From contig PFBI01000006.1 in assembly GCA_002773395.1 (NCBI GenBank), forward strand, positions 12,049 to 76,048: a stretch of DNA of 64,000 bases, written 5' to 3'. Below the pieces are notes generated by a model. That model was not told the DNA's origin, ran no database searches, and was given only the letters and a program-made list of their open reading frames with translations. Position numbers and translations under genes: made by a program. The first letter of the stretch is position 1, and every line of letters starts with the position of its first letter. This document shows, piece after piece, positions 25,452 to 32,847 of this stretch. This DNA is from Candidatus Kaiserbacteria bacterium CG10_big_fil_rev_8_21_14_0_10_47_16. Lineage in GTDB: Bacteria > Patescibacteriota > Minisyncoccia > Phycocordibacterales > UBA918.

Positions 25452-26318
25452 TTATTTAAAGAAACCGGCAATATAACGAAAAAGGCCATTTGTCCATGTT
25501 CCCTTCATCTGGTTTGTGCTTTGCTCCAAAGTAGCCAAAACCGCCATAGCGCCGTAGAGTCCAGCCTCATCTTTGAGTGATGCGTCTACTATTGCAGGGC
25601 AAGCGACTCCTTCAGGAAGTAATTCCGTCGTATGTCTTGTAATATCTGCCAAAAGTATGCGCGGGTCCCCCACGATCATGGATCCGCCGAGCACAATAGC
25701 GTCAGGAGACCATGCGGTCACAACATTCACGAGGGCATGTGCCAGCTTTTCAGCAAGAACATTCCATACAGGATCACTTTGCGGAATCTCGTACGGCTTC
25801 ATTCCCCGCTGTTGCTCAAGTGCGGTACCTGAAATCTGATCTTCAATAGTATGTGGTCCGCCAACAAGATCATTATGCGTCGCAATAACCTTTCCTTCAC
25901 TTACGAGCGCTCCACCCACTCCCGTGCTGACTGTGTGGTAGGAAATGCGTGAGTACCCTCGACCTGCTCCAAAGGAGGCTTCGCCGAGCGCTGCAACTTC
26001 TGCGTCATTTCGAAGCAAGATAGGTGCTACAAAAGCAGCTTCTAAATCTTTTGCCAGAGGCTTGTCTACCCAATCTGTTAAAATCTTCTCACTGACGAGT
26101 TCAGTCTTTGTGGCGTTCAATTCTCCTCGTATCCCCCCTGCGACCAGGGTAATTGGTGTCGCTGGATTAAGCGTACGGACTGCTTCTGTAATCGCTGCGA
26201 TACCTTCAGCATATGAAGCAGGTGTATCAAATTTTTCTACTTTAAAGGATTGTAGGTCCGTACTGACCGCAACACGAGTCTTTGTTCCGCCAATATCAAA
26301 AAGGATGTATGTCTGCAT
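25452..26318 (-). CDS. ROK-family sugar kinase (glucokinase-like)
   Basis: ILFDIGGTKTRVAV; NDAEVAALGEASFGAG; ROK fold. Confidence 0.8.
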   Translation of the reverse strand: MQTYILFDIGGTKTRVAVSTDLQSFKVEKFDTPASYAEGIAAITEAVRTLNPATPITLVAGGIRGELNATKTELVSEKILTDWVDKPLAKDLEAAFVAPILLRNDAEVAALGEASFGAGRGYSRISYHTVSTGVGGALVSEGKVIATHNDLVGGPHTIEDQISGTALEQQRGMKPYEIPQSDPVWNVLAEKLAHALVNVVTAWSPDAIVLGGSMIVGDPRILLADITRHTTELLPEGVACPAIVDASLKDEAGLYGAMAVLATLEQSTNQMKGTWTNGLFRYIAGFFK

Positions 26319-26320
26319 AG

Positions 26321-27250
26321 CTACTCAACGATAATACTAAGTTTCTTTCCAAAGAGTTCTTCTGTCTTTTCCATGTAGTCGGCAATGTTCTCTTTAAAGA
26401 ATGGGGGCTTCACTCCCTGAATCGTTCCTACCACGTAGTATGCAATCGCGAGCATTGCAGCGGGACCCGCATCCTTCGGAAGGGGTATGGTAATCCGTGT
26501 ATCCACACCACCAAAGAGGTTGTTCTCTTCTCCAAAGCTGATAAAACATTCACGCGGCGAATCAACAACCGTCTTGGCATGCTTTGCACCTTCGCTCGTA
26601 AAGACACGCCCGAGAAGCATTGGTCCAAAGAGTTCATCGAATTTCGTTACAATCATCGGCGCAGTTGCTGCACACTGGGGTGGGATTAAGAAACAGAACG
26701 CATCGTATGCGGCAAGCTCTGGTGTACAGATCGGTGCAACTTTTTCTTCAATCCATGTTCGTATTGCAGCAGGATCTTCACCGCTGTGTCCAAGAATCAT
26801 ACTCAGATACGTTGATACATTGTAGGTATATGGTTCACGAATCTTTGGAAAGAGGTGTACGTGGTCTGGCGTTAGCAGTGCAACGGCCGGTGATTTCTCT
26901 GTGTTCGTGAGGAGTACAACCGACATACCGTGCGCAAGAGCGTACTCAGTGACCGTGACTGCATGTTTACTTCCCGATGCAGAGAGCACAACAACGCCGT
27001 CCGCATCTGTATGTGTACTACAGACCGCAGCAAAGGTACTTTCGTTTGCAAAGACCGCTGCAGTATCTGCAAAGAGGAGTTTACTCACTGAATGCGCATT
27101 AGCGCTCCCAACGATAATTGGCTTCTTAAATGGAATAGTGACTTTTGGAATAGAGGCTGTCTCAAGAAATTCGAGTGCCCCCAGAACGACCGTATCGAGA
27201 TTTGGAAGTGACTGTGCATCGAAGGTCTGGAGTGTCTGGAGTGGATTCAT
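26321..27250 (-). CDS. SIS-domain protein, possibly an archaeal-type bifunctional phosphoglucose/phosphomannose isomerase
   Basis: VVLSASGSKHAVTVTEYALAHGMSVVLLTNTEKSPAV is a SIS-like S-x-S-G-x-T motif. About 300 aa. Adjacent to the glucokinase. Confidence 0.45.
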   Translation of the reverse strand: MNPLQTLQTFDAQSLPNLDTVVLGALEFLETASIPKVTIPFKKPIIVGSANAHSVSKLLFADTAAVFANESTFAAVCSTHTDADGVVVLSASGSKHAVTVTEYALAHGMSVVLLTNTEKSPAVALLTPDHVHLFPKIREPYTYNVSTYLSMILGHSGEDPAAIRTWIEEKVAPICTPELAAYDAFCFLIPPQCAATAPMIVTKFDELFGPMLLGRVFTSEGAKHAKTVVDSPRECFISFGEENNLFGGVDTRITIPLPKDAGPAAMLAIAYYVVGTIQGVKPPFFKENIADYMEKTEELFGKKLSIIVE

Positions 27251-27262
27251 AGTGGAATCGTA

Positions 27263-28003
27263 TTAAACCTGCCGCGGAGTACACGGGTTCACATGCTTTG
27301 TGATGTAGCTATAAGCTTCTTCAACGGAGTCTACAAGAACGAACAGATCGATGTCTTCTTGACTGACTGTTTTATACTTCGTGAGCATTCTGTCATTAAT
27401 GAAGGCAATAAGTGGTTCCCAAAAATCTTTCCCGTAAAGCACGATAGGGATTTTAGAAATTTTCTTTGTCTGTACGAGTGTGAGGATTTCAAAGAGTTCA
27501 TCGAGCGTACCGAATCCTCCTGGGAAGTACACATATACTTCTGAAGCAAACGCGAGCATTACCTTTCGAGAGAAGAAGAAATGAAATTCTGTAGATTCAG
27601 TGAGGTATTTATTTATTGTCTGTTCGTGCGGGAGGGTGATATTGATACCCACTGATTTCCCTCCTACTTCATGCGCGCCAATATTGGCTGCTTCCATAAC
27701 ACCTCCACCACCACCGGTAATAATGGTAAAACCAGACTTCGCGAGGAGTCCTGCCAATTGAGATGACGCCTCGAATACTTCATCTCCCACACCACAGCGT
27801 GCACTTCCAAAGAAGGTTGCTGCTGTTTGGTACTTACGGAGAAGCTCGAAGCCACTTACGAATTCCGACATGATGCGGAAAATTCGCCACGATTGAATCG
27901 CATCATCACCTGTTTGTGAGGATGGATCTGCGAGGAGATCGGTCATGACACGACAATGCATGTCTACAACCTGTACGTTAAGTTTTTTATTCTTCTTAAA
28001 CAC
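27263..28003 (-). CDS. LOG-family protein (cytokinin riboside 5'-monophosphate phosphoribohydrolase-like, TIGR00730)
   Basis: ITGGGGGVMEAANIGAHEVGGKSVGINI...PGGFGTLDELFE. Confidence 0.8.
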   Translation of the reverse strand: MFKKNKKLNVQVVDMHCRVMTDLLADPSSQTGDDAIQSWRIFRIMSEFVSGFELLRKYQTAATFFGSARCGVGDEVFEASSQLAGLLAKSGFTIITGGGGGVMEAANIGAHEVGGKSVGINITLPHEQTINKYLTESTEFHFFFSRKVMLAFASEVYVYFPGGFGTLDELFEILTLVQTKKISKIPIVLYGKDFWEPLIAFINDRMLTKYKTVSQEDIDLFVLVDSVEEAYSYITKHVNPCTPRQV

Positions 28004-28020
28004 GGCTTAATGATATCACG

Positions 28021-28617
28021 CTAGACACTCCACGGAATTTCATACTGTGTAAATTCAGGAAGAAGTTTCTTGCCGTACAACAGTCGAGACGTTACTTCCG
28101 CATGAGAGATTGCGCCGGTGAGCGCATTGTGTGGCTGCGGTTCATCAGGAATACCACAGTACTGTAATACTGCATCAAGATTAAGCGCCGATCGTTTATG
28201 TTGTGCATCAATAGGAGGATTCTTTCCAGATTTCACAATATGCATCCAGCACAGCGTATGCGTATCAATCGTTCGATACGCTAAATCCCACGGAAGTCCC
28301 GCTCGTTCTGCGGCAGCTCTTATAAAATCACGATCAAAGGAAACGTTTTGCCCCGTAAGCGTACGGTCAGCGAGACTCATAGACCATTCAAGGAATTCTG
28401 TCACAAGCTCCGCTTCAGTCTTTTTACTTGGATCAGTAATCTCTGCTTCAGTAAATCCATTCACGGCAAGTGCTCCCTCCATAATGTGAGCACCGTCCCA
28501 AATGCGGCACTCTCCATAAAATTGATTTTCTGGATTATCAAAATCAAGTGCACCAATCGATACGATTGAATGCTTTCCGTACTCTGTTCCGGAAGCTTCA
28601 ACATCTAAAATTAACAT
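28021..28617 (-). CDS. DEDD-family 3'-5' exonuclease (RNase T/DnaQ-like)
   Basis: ILDVEASG (Exo I) ... HNALTGAISHAEV (Exo III-like). 198 aa. Confidence 0.6.
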   Translation of the reverse strand: MLILDVEASGTEYGKHSIVSIGALDFDNPENQFYGECRIWDGAHIMEGALAVNGFTEAEITDPSKKTEAELVTEFLEWSMSLADRTLTGQNVSFDRDFIRAAAERAGLPWDLAYRTIDTHTLCWMHIVKSGKNPPIDAQHKRSALNLDAVLQYCGIPDEPQPHNALTGAISHAEVTSRLLYGKKLLPEFTQYEIPWSV

Positions 28618-28641
28618 GTCAGTATTTTATCATAGCCACCA

Positions 28642-29019
28642 TTAAATCCCTTTGCAGTTTGCTGCGGGAGTATATCCTGCCGCTTCTGCCTCTGCTTTAC
28701 TATTGAAATATATCTTATTCTCTTCTTTTATTTGCTTTGCGCCGCCACACCATGGCAGGTGATACTTGGCGCCACTTTTTGAAGCGATGTAGAGTATGCT
28801 ACTGCTTGCACTTGGAGGACTTTCAGCTGGTAATTGCTCCACAGTCCCTGTGACTGCGGCTGCGGGAAGCACGCCTGAAGCCTGTTCTACCGACCCTCTT
28901 CCAAGCCCAAACGCGACGATCCCCACGAGAAGGATCAGGGTAATGGTAAACGCCTCATCATCCAAAAGGAGTCCTACGGCCCTGCTCTTGAGTTTTCCTA
29001 TACTTTCTTGTATACTCAC
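28642..29019 (-). CDS. membrane-anchored protein with a C-terminal Ada-like zinc-binding domain
   Basis: TM ITLILLVGIVAFGLG, then KYHLPWCGGAKQIKEENKIYFNSKAEAEAAGYTPAANC, resembling Ada_Zn_binding (F...C...C...NV.F......A...GFRPC). Confidence 0.45.
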   Translation of the reverse strand: MSIQESIGKLKSRAVGLLLDDEAFTITLILLVGIVAFGLGRGSVEQASGVLPAAAVTGTVEQLPAESPPSASSSILYIASKSGAKYHLPWCGGAKQIKEENKIYFNSKAEAEAAGYTPAANCKGI

Positions 29020-29046
29020 AACGTTAATTTTACAGCATAGTTACCT

Positions 29047-29334
29047 ATGGCACATAAGAAAGCCGGTGGATCGGCAAAAAACCTCAGAGACTCACAGCCA
29101 AAATACCTTGGTGTGAAGCGTGCAGATGGTCAAACAGTGAAAACTGGTGAGATTATTGTACGTCAGCGCGGTACAAAGATTGAGGCTGGAAAGAACGTAC
29201 AGGTTGGAAAAGACCACACTCTTTTCGCAATGCAGCCTGGTGTTGTCTCATTCCGCAATACACGAAAGACACGATTTGACGGACGTACCGTTGGAAAGAA
29301 AATGGTGGATGTCCTTGCAGCAGTTGCAAAATAA
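29047..29334 (+). CDS. rpmA: 50S ribosomal protein L27
   Basis: [61 protein letters not shown]. Confidence 0.95.
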   Translation: MAHKKAGGSAKNLRDSQPKYLGVKRADGQTVKTGEIIVRQRGTKIEAGKNVQVGKDHTLFAMQPGVVSFRNTRKTRFDGRTVGKKMVDVLAAVAK

Positions 29335-29346
29335 TCTCCTTATATA

Positions 29347-29380
29347 CAAAAACCCCGCGGCATTGCCGCGGGGTTTTTGT
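29347..29380. terminator. bidirectional intrinsic terminator (aaaaaccccgcggcattgccgcggggttttt)
   Basis: Perfect 8-bp GC stem with A5/T5 flanks between convergent rpmA and the PPIase gene. Confidence 0.8.
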
Positions 29381-29392
29381 ATATTCCCTTCT

Positions 29393-30088
29393 CTACTCAA
29401 TCTTAATAGATTCAATAATCACTGCGTCTACGGGAAGATCTCGCTGACCTGTCTGAACACTTGAAATTGCGTCAACAACGTCCATTCCTTCAATAACACG
29501 TCCGAACACTGGGTGCTTCGATGTAAGCGGTTCTTTATCGAAGTCGAGACCTGTGTTATCCACAACGTTAATGAAGAACTGACTACCGCCAGAGTTTGGC
29601 TGTCCGGTGTTTGCCATTGCAATCGTACCTCGCGCATTTGTGAGAAGTGCACCGCTTACAAATTCATCTTGAATCGTGTATCCCGGACCGCCTGTGCCGT
29701 AGGTTGCAACATTTTCAGTCTTTGAATTTGGATCTCCGGCCTGGATCATAAAGTTTGGAATTACCCGATGGAACTTTGTGCCATCGTAATATCCTGATTC
29801 CGCAAGTTTAACGAAGTTTGCGGTCGTAATAGGCATTTGGTCTTCGAAAAGCTCCATCTTAAATACTCCTTTATTTGTATTGAATACTGCAGTTCTATTC
29901 ATATCGTTTGTTACATCTGGGTTAGCGACGGCTAATTCTTTTGGTGAAAGTGGCCCATTGAGTGCTTTATCTTCACTGAGAAGTGTCTCTGGCGTACCGC
30001 CATCACGCATGACAACAAGTGCTGCGAGTGCTCCGAGCAGGAGTGCCGACACGAGTAGGATAATGATGATTTGTTTGTAGTCCCCCAT
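29393..30088 (-). CDS. cyclophilin-type peptidyl-prolyl cis-trans isomerase, N-terminal TM anchor
   Basis: FHRVIPNFMIQAGDP...GTIAMANTGQPNSGGSQFFINVVDN...HPVFGRVIEGMDVVDAI. Confidence 0.85.
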   Translation of the reverse strand: MGDYKQIIIILLVSALLLGALAALVVMRDGGTPETLLSEDKALNGPLSPKELAVANPDVTNDMNRTAVFNTNKGVFKMELFEDQMPITTANFVKLAESGYYDGTKFHRVIPNFMIQAGDPNSKTENVATYGTGGPGYTIQDEFVSGALLTNARGTIAMANTGQPNSGGSQFFINVVDNTGLDFDKEPLTSKHPVFGRVIEGMDVVDAISSVQTGQRDLPVDAVIIESIKIE

Positions 30089-30090
30089 AG

Positions 30091-30531
30091 TTACTCTTTT
30101 GTGATTGAGAGTGTAAAGGTGCCTTTTAGATCACCTGAAGAAATGGCAATCTCGTGTTCACCAACTTCTTTGAGTGGGCTATGGAGTGCAATATGATCAG
30201 CATCAAGAGGACCAACTTCTTTTGTGACCTGTGCCGCAATATCTGTTGCCTTCACACTCTTAAAGAGGTGACCTTGTTCATTGGCTGATACAGGGAGCGT
30301 TACGGTCGTGCCCTCGAGCTTTTTAAGCGTGTCTTCAAATGTTGAAGCGGCTCCTGCTCGTACCTCATCTACCTTCTTCATACGTTCTTTCAAACGACGC
30401 ATGTTTTCTGGTGTTGCGGGTTCAGCAAGACGCTTTGGAATTAGCATGTTGAGTGCATGTCCATCGGGTACAACCTTCATTTCGAATCGGCGTCCAATAC
30501 GCGCTACGTCCTGTAATAAGATTACTTTCAT
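30091..30531 (-). CDS. rplI: 50S ribosomal protein L9
   Basis: MKVILLQDVARIGRRFEMKVVPDGHALNMLIPKRLAEPATPEN; 146 aa. Confidence 0.85.
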   Translation of the reverse strand: MKVILLQDVARIGRRFEMKVVPDGHALNMLIPKRLAEPATPENMRRLKERMKKVDEVRAGAASTFEDTLKKLEGTTVTLPVSANEQGHLFKSVKATDIAAQVTKEVGPLDADHIALHSPLKEVGEHEIAISSGDLKGTFTLSITKE

Positions 30532-30614
30532 CCTAATATCATCATAATTACCGTTAAATGTACGGAGACTATAGCATATTCTTATATAGGGTGCATGAAT
30601 AGACTTTTATATAG

Positions 30615-30646
30615 CAAAAGCCCGGCGCGTACGCGCCGGGCTTTTC
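30615..30646. terminator. intrinsic terminator (aaaagcccggcgcgtacgcgccgggctttt)
   Basis: Perfect GC-rich hairpin with A4/T4 flanks. It lies 15 nt 3' of the small acidic ORF on the minus strand. Confidence 0.65.
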
Positions 30647-30660
30647 CAGTGTTGTTCGAG

Positions 30661-30786
30661 CTATGCAGCTGGAGTTTCTTCTGGGGTTTCCTCCGCTGGA
30701 GTTTCCGGAGCTGCTTCTGGTGTTGCTTCTGCTGGAGTATCTCCTGCAGGAGTCATTGTTGGGTCTGTTGTAGTTTCTTCCATCAT
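30661..30786 (-). CDS. tiny acidic Pro/Thr/Glu/Ala-rich ORF (41 aa: MMEETTTDPTMTPAGDTPAEATPEAAPETPAEETPEETPAA); tentative
   Basis: Read manually; not in the ORF track because it is under 60 aa. It ends 15 nt before a strong terminator. No SD. Confidence 0.25.
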   Translation of the reverse strand: MMEETTTDPTMTPAGDTPAEATPEAAPETPAEETPEETPAA

Positions 30787-30916
30787 AACAATGCATTGTT
30801 AACTAGTAGAGGTGCATGGTATCAAAGATCGAGGATATAGCTACCCGAGAAATACACAGCGCCACTTAATTACCAATGATGCAACTTTTCATTTTTTCAG
30901 TATACTGACCACACTT

Positions 30917-30986
30917 GCGCGGTTAGCTCAGGGCAGAGACAAAATAGTATGGGATACTATTTTACGATTGACATTGAATATATTGT
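30917..30986 (+). pseudogene. degenerate tRNA-like remnant (acceptor/D-arm-like gcgcggtTAGCTCAGGGcagagac, a 10-bp stem hairpin, an ATTGACATTG anticodon-arm fragment) immediately upstream of tRNA-Val
   Basis: TAGCTCAG D-arm consensus plus ATTGACATTG identical to the tRNA-Val anticodon arm. No T-arm or 3' acceptor. Confidence 0.35.
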
Positions 30987-31059
30987 GAGCGATTAGCTCA
31001 GCTGGTAGAGCGCTACATTGACATTGTAGAGGTCACAGGTTCAAGTCCTGTATCGCTCA
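30987..31059 (+). tRNA. tRNA-Val (anticodon GAC)
   Basis: Manual cloverleaf: acceptor GAGCGAT/ATCGCTC, D-arm GCTCAGCTGGTAGAGC, anticodon stem CTACA/TGTAG with loop TTGACAT, T-arm ACAGGTTCAAGTCCTGT, discriminator A. Confidence 0.85.
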
Positions 31060-31139
31060 CAATATATTTAAGACAGTCACAAATTGACCTAATTTTTAAG
31101 AAGCGAAGCGACTATAAAAATGGAAATGTCCTTGTGGCG

Positions 31140-31160
31140 CAAGCCCTGTATCGCACATTA
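31140..31160 (+). repeat. imperfect direct repeat of the tRNA-Val 3' region (caagYcctgtatcgc...), about 80 bp downstream of the tRNA; att-core-like
   Basis: caagccctgtatcgcaca versus tRNA caagtcctgtatcgctcaca. Confidence 0.4.
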
Positions 31161-31163
31161 GAT

Positions 31164-31202
31164 AAAAAGAACCCCGTTTGTTTAGAACGGGGAATTTTTT
31201 AT
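31164..31202. terminator. bidirectional intrinsic terminator (aaaaagaaccccgtttgtttagaacggggaatttttt)
   Basis: 7-bp stem with A5/T6 flanks, between tRNA-Val(+) and the HTH gene(-). Confidence 0.7.
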
Positions 31203-31218
31203 ATGGATGCCCATACGC

Positions 31219-31515
31219 TTACTCTGTCGAGAGTGTGCGTATTTTTTCAACAAGTGCCGCCAACATACCCGCTCTTCTTTTGGGACATTTGGGTATTTGA
31301 ACGCCCTGCTTCCACTGCGAATACATACCCTGATTCACTCCACAGATATAAGATATCTCTTTGTTTGGCAGACCGCAGGTAATATTTGCAAGTCGCACCA
31401 AAGCAATAAATATATTTCTGTCCATGAAATCGAGCTCAGTCGCATACGACACAAAGTCTGTCCGGACCTTTTGCAAAAATATTTTCTCAGTCTTCCGTAA
31501 CGAACACATGCTCAT
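31219..31515 (-). CDS. XRE-family helix-turn-helix protein (repressor-like)
   Basis: EISYICGVNQGMYSQWKQGVQIP aligns with the XRE HTH pattern L..GVS...IS.WE.G...P. 98 aa. Confidence 0.45.
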   Translation of the reverse strand: MSMCSLRKTEKIFLQKVRTDFVSYATELDFMDRNIFIALVRLANITCGLPNKEISYICGVNQGMYSQWKQGVQIPKCPKRRAGMLAALVEKIRTLSTE

Positions 31516-31618
31516 CCCCTTTATGTTCTTGATTCAATGTATAAAATACAATTTTTATTTAATATGTCAATACTCTCCTTTACGCTTGTCTCAAAATAAG
31601 GTTAATATGTGATTACCT

Positions 31619-32803
31619 ATGAATATCCTCTCAATTGAAACATCGTGTGATGAAACAGCGGTCAGTATCGTCCGTGCTGACGGTGATTTTCCTGATGCGA
31701 CGTATACACTCCTCGGAAATGCGCTTTTTTCACAAATTGATATCCACCGTGAGTACGGCGGCGTATTCCCAATGGTTGCAAAACGTGAGCACGCAAAGAC
31801 TCTCGTACCAATGACGGAGCGTGCTCTGAAAGAAGCGGAGCTTCTTTCAGAGCACGCGGAAAAGCTAGAAAGTGATACCGATGAATCACTCCGTACACTT
31901 TTTTACCGCGAGGAAGAACTTGCAGACGCCCTTATTCCGTTTGTAGAAACTTATGCAAAGCCCGATATTGATGTAATCGCAGTCACTCACGGTCCTGGAC
32001 TTGAGCCTGCACTCTGGGTTGGCGTCAATTTTGCAAAAGCACTTGCGATGCTGTGGGGCATTCCTGTAGTAGGAACGAACCATATGGAAGGCCACGTCCT
32101 TGCGTCTGTTTTTGATGGAACAAAGCTTGCGCCACTTTCCTTCCCTGCGGTAAGTCTTCTTATTTCTGGAGGTCACACAGAACTCCTTAAAATGAAAAGC
32201 TGGACAGAATACGAAATGCTCGGGCAAACACGCGATGACGCAGTCGGTGAAGCCTTTGATAAAGCAGCGCGTATGATGGGACTTCAATATCCTGGAGGCC
32301 CTGAGATTAGTGTGCGAGCTGCTCGTGCACGCGAAAAGAATCTTCCGCCGTACACAAAACTTCCAAAACCGATGATTGACTCGGGTGATTGCGATTTTTC
32401 ATTTTCTGGACTGAAGACTGCAGTACGATACGCAATTCGAGATATCACTGGTGAAAAAGAAATGACCGAAGAGGAGCGCGAGGCGCTCTCGCGTGACTTT
32501 GAAGACGTGGTCACTGAAGTGCTTCTGAAAAAATCTATTCTCGCTGTTGAAGAATCGAACGCGCATGCACTTATTCTTGGTGGCGGTGTAACAGCGAACT
32601 CATACATTCGAGAACAATTCAAACTCTATTTTAATAAAAAATATCCAGATCTTGCGCTCCATTTCCCCGAACGGAATCTCTCGACTGATAACAGCATCAT
32701 GATTGCTCTTGCCGGCCACGCACGTCTCGATGAGAGTCATTCCGCAGAAGGCACTCAGACGAGCCTAAAGGCCGATGGAAATCTCTCACTTTCGCAGGGA
32801 TAA
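31619..32803 (+). CDS. tsaD: tRNA N6-adenosine threonylcarbamoyltransferase
   Basis: LSIETSCDETAVSIV, GGVFPMVAKREH, GVTANSYIRE. It carries a ~35-aa acidic helical insertion (EAELLSEHAEKLESDTDESLRTLFYREEELADALIP). Confidence 0.9.
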   Translation: MNILSIETSCDETAVSIVRADGDFPDATYTLLGNALFSQIDIHREYGGVFPMVAKREHAKTLVPMTERALKEAELLSEHAEKLESDTDESLRTLFYREEELADALIPFVETYAKPDIDVIAVTHGPGLEPALWVGVNFAKALAMLWGIPVVGTNHMEGHVLASVFDGTKLAPLSFPAVSLLISGGHTELLKMKSWTEYEMLGQTRDDAVGEAFDKAARMMGLQYPGGPEISVRAARAREKNLPPYTKLPKPMIDSGDCDFSFSGLKTAVRYAIRDITGEKEMTEEEREALSRDFEDVVTEVLLKKSILAVEESNAHALILGGGVTANSYIREQFKLYFNKKYPDLALHFPERNLSTDNSIMIALAGHARLDESHSAEGTQTSLKADGNLSLSQG

Positions 32804-32847
32804 CGCCTTTTAGAGCGTCATTTTCCGTGCTACTATCGGCTTTATAT

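Noticed and set aside
30595-30840. 81-aa Cys/Trp-rich plus-strand ORF
   Set aside because: It starts inside the terminator hairpin and is a low-complexity artefact antisense to the acidic micro-ORF.
30917-30986. A possible second, intact tRNA upstream of tRNA-Val
   Set aside because: No T-arm and no 3' acceptor strand can be formed. The anticodon-like hairpin has a 9-bp stem and 5-nt loop. It is treated as a pseudo-tRNA remnant.
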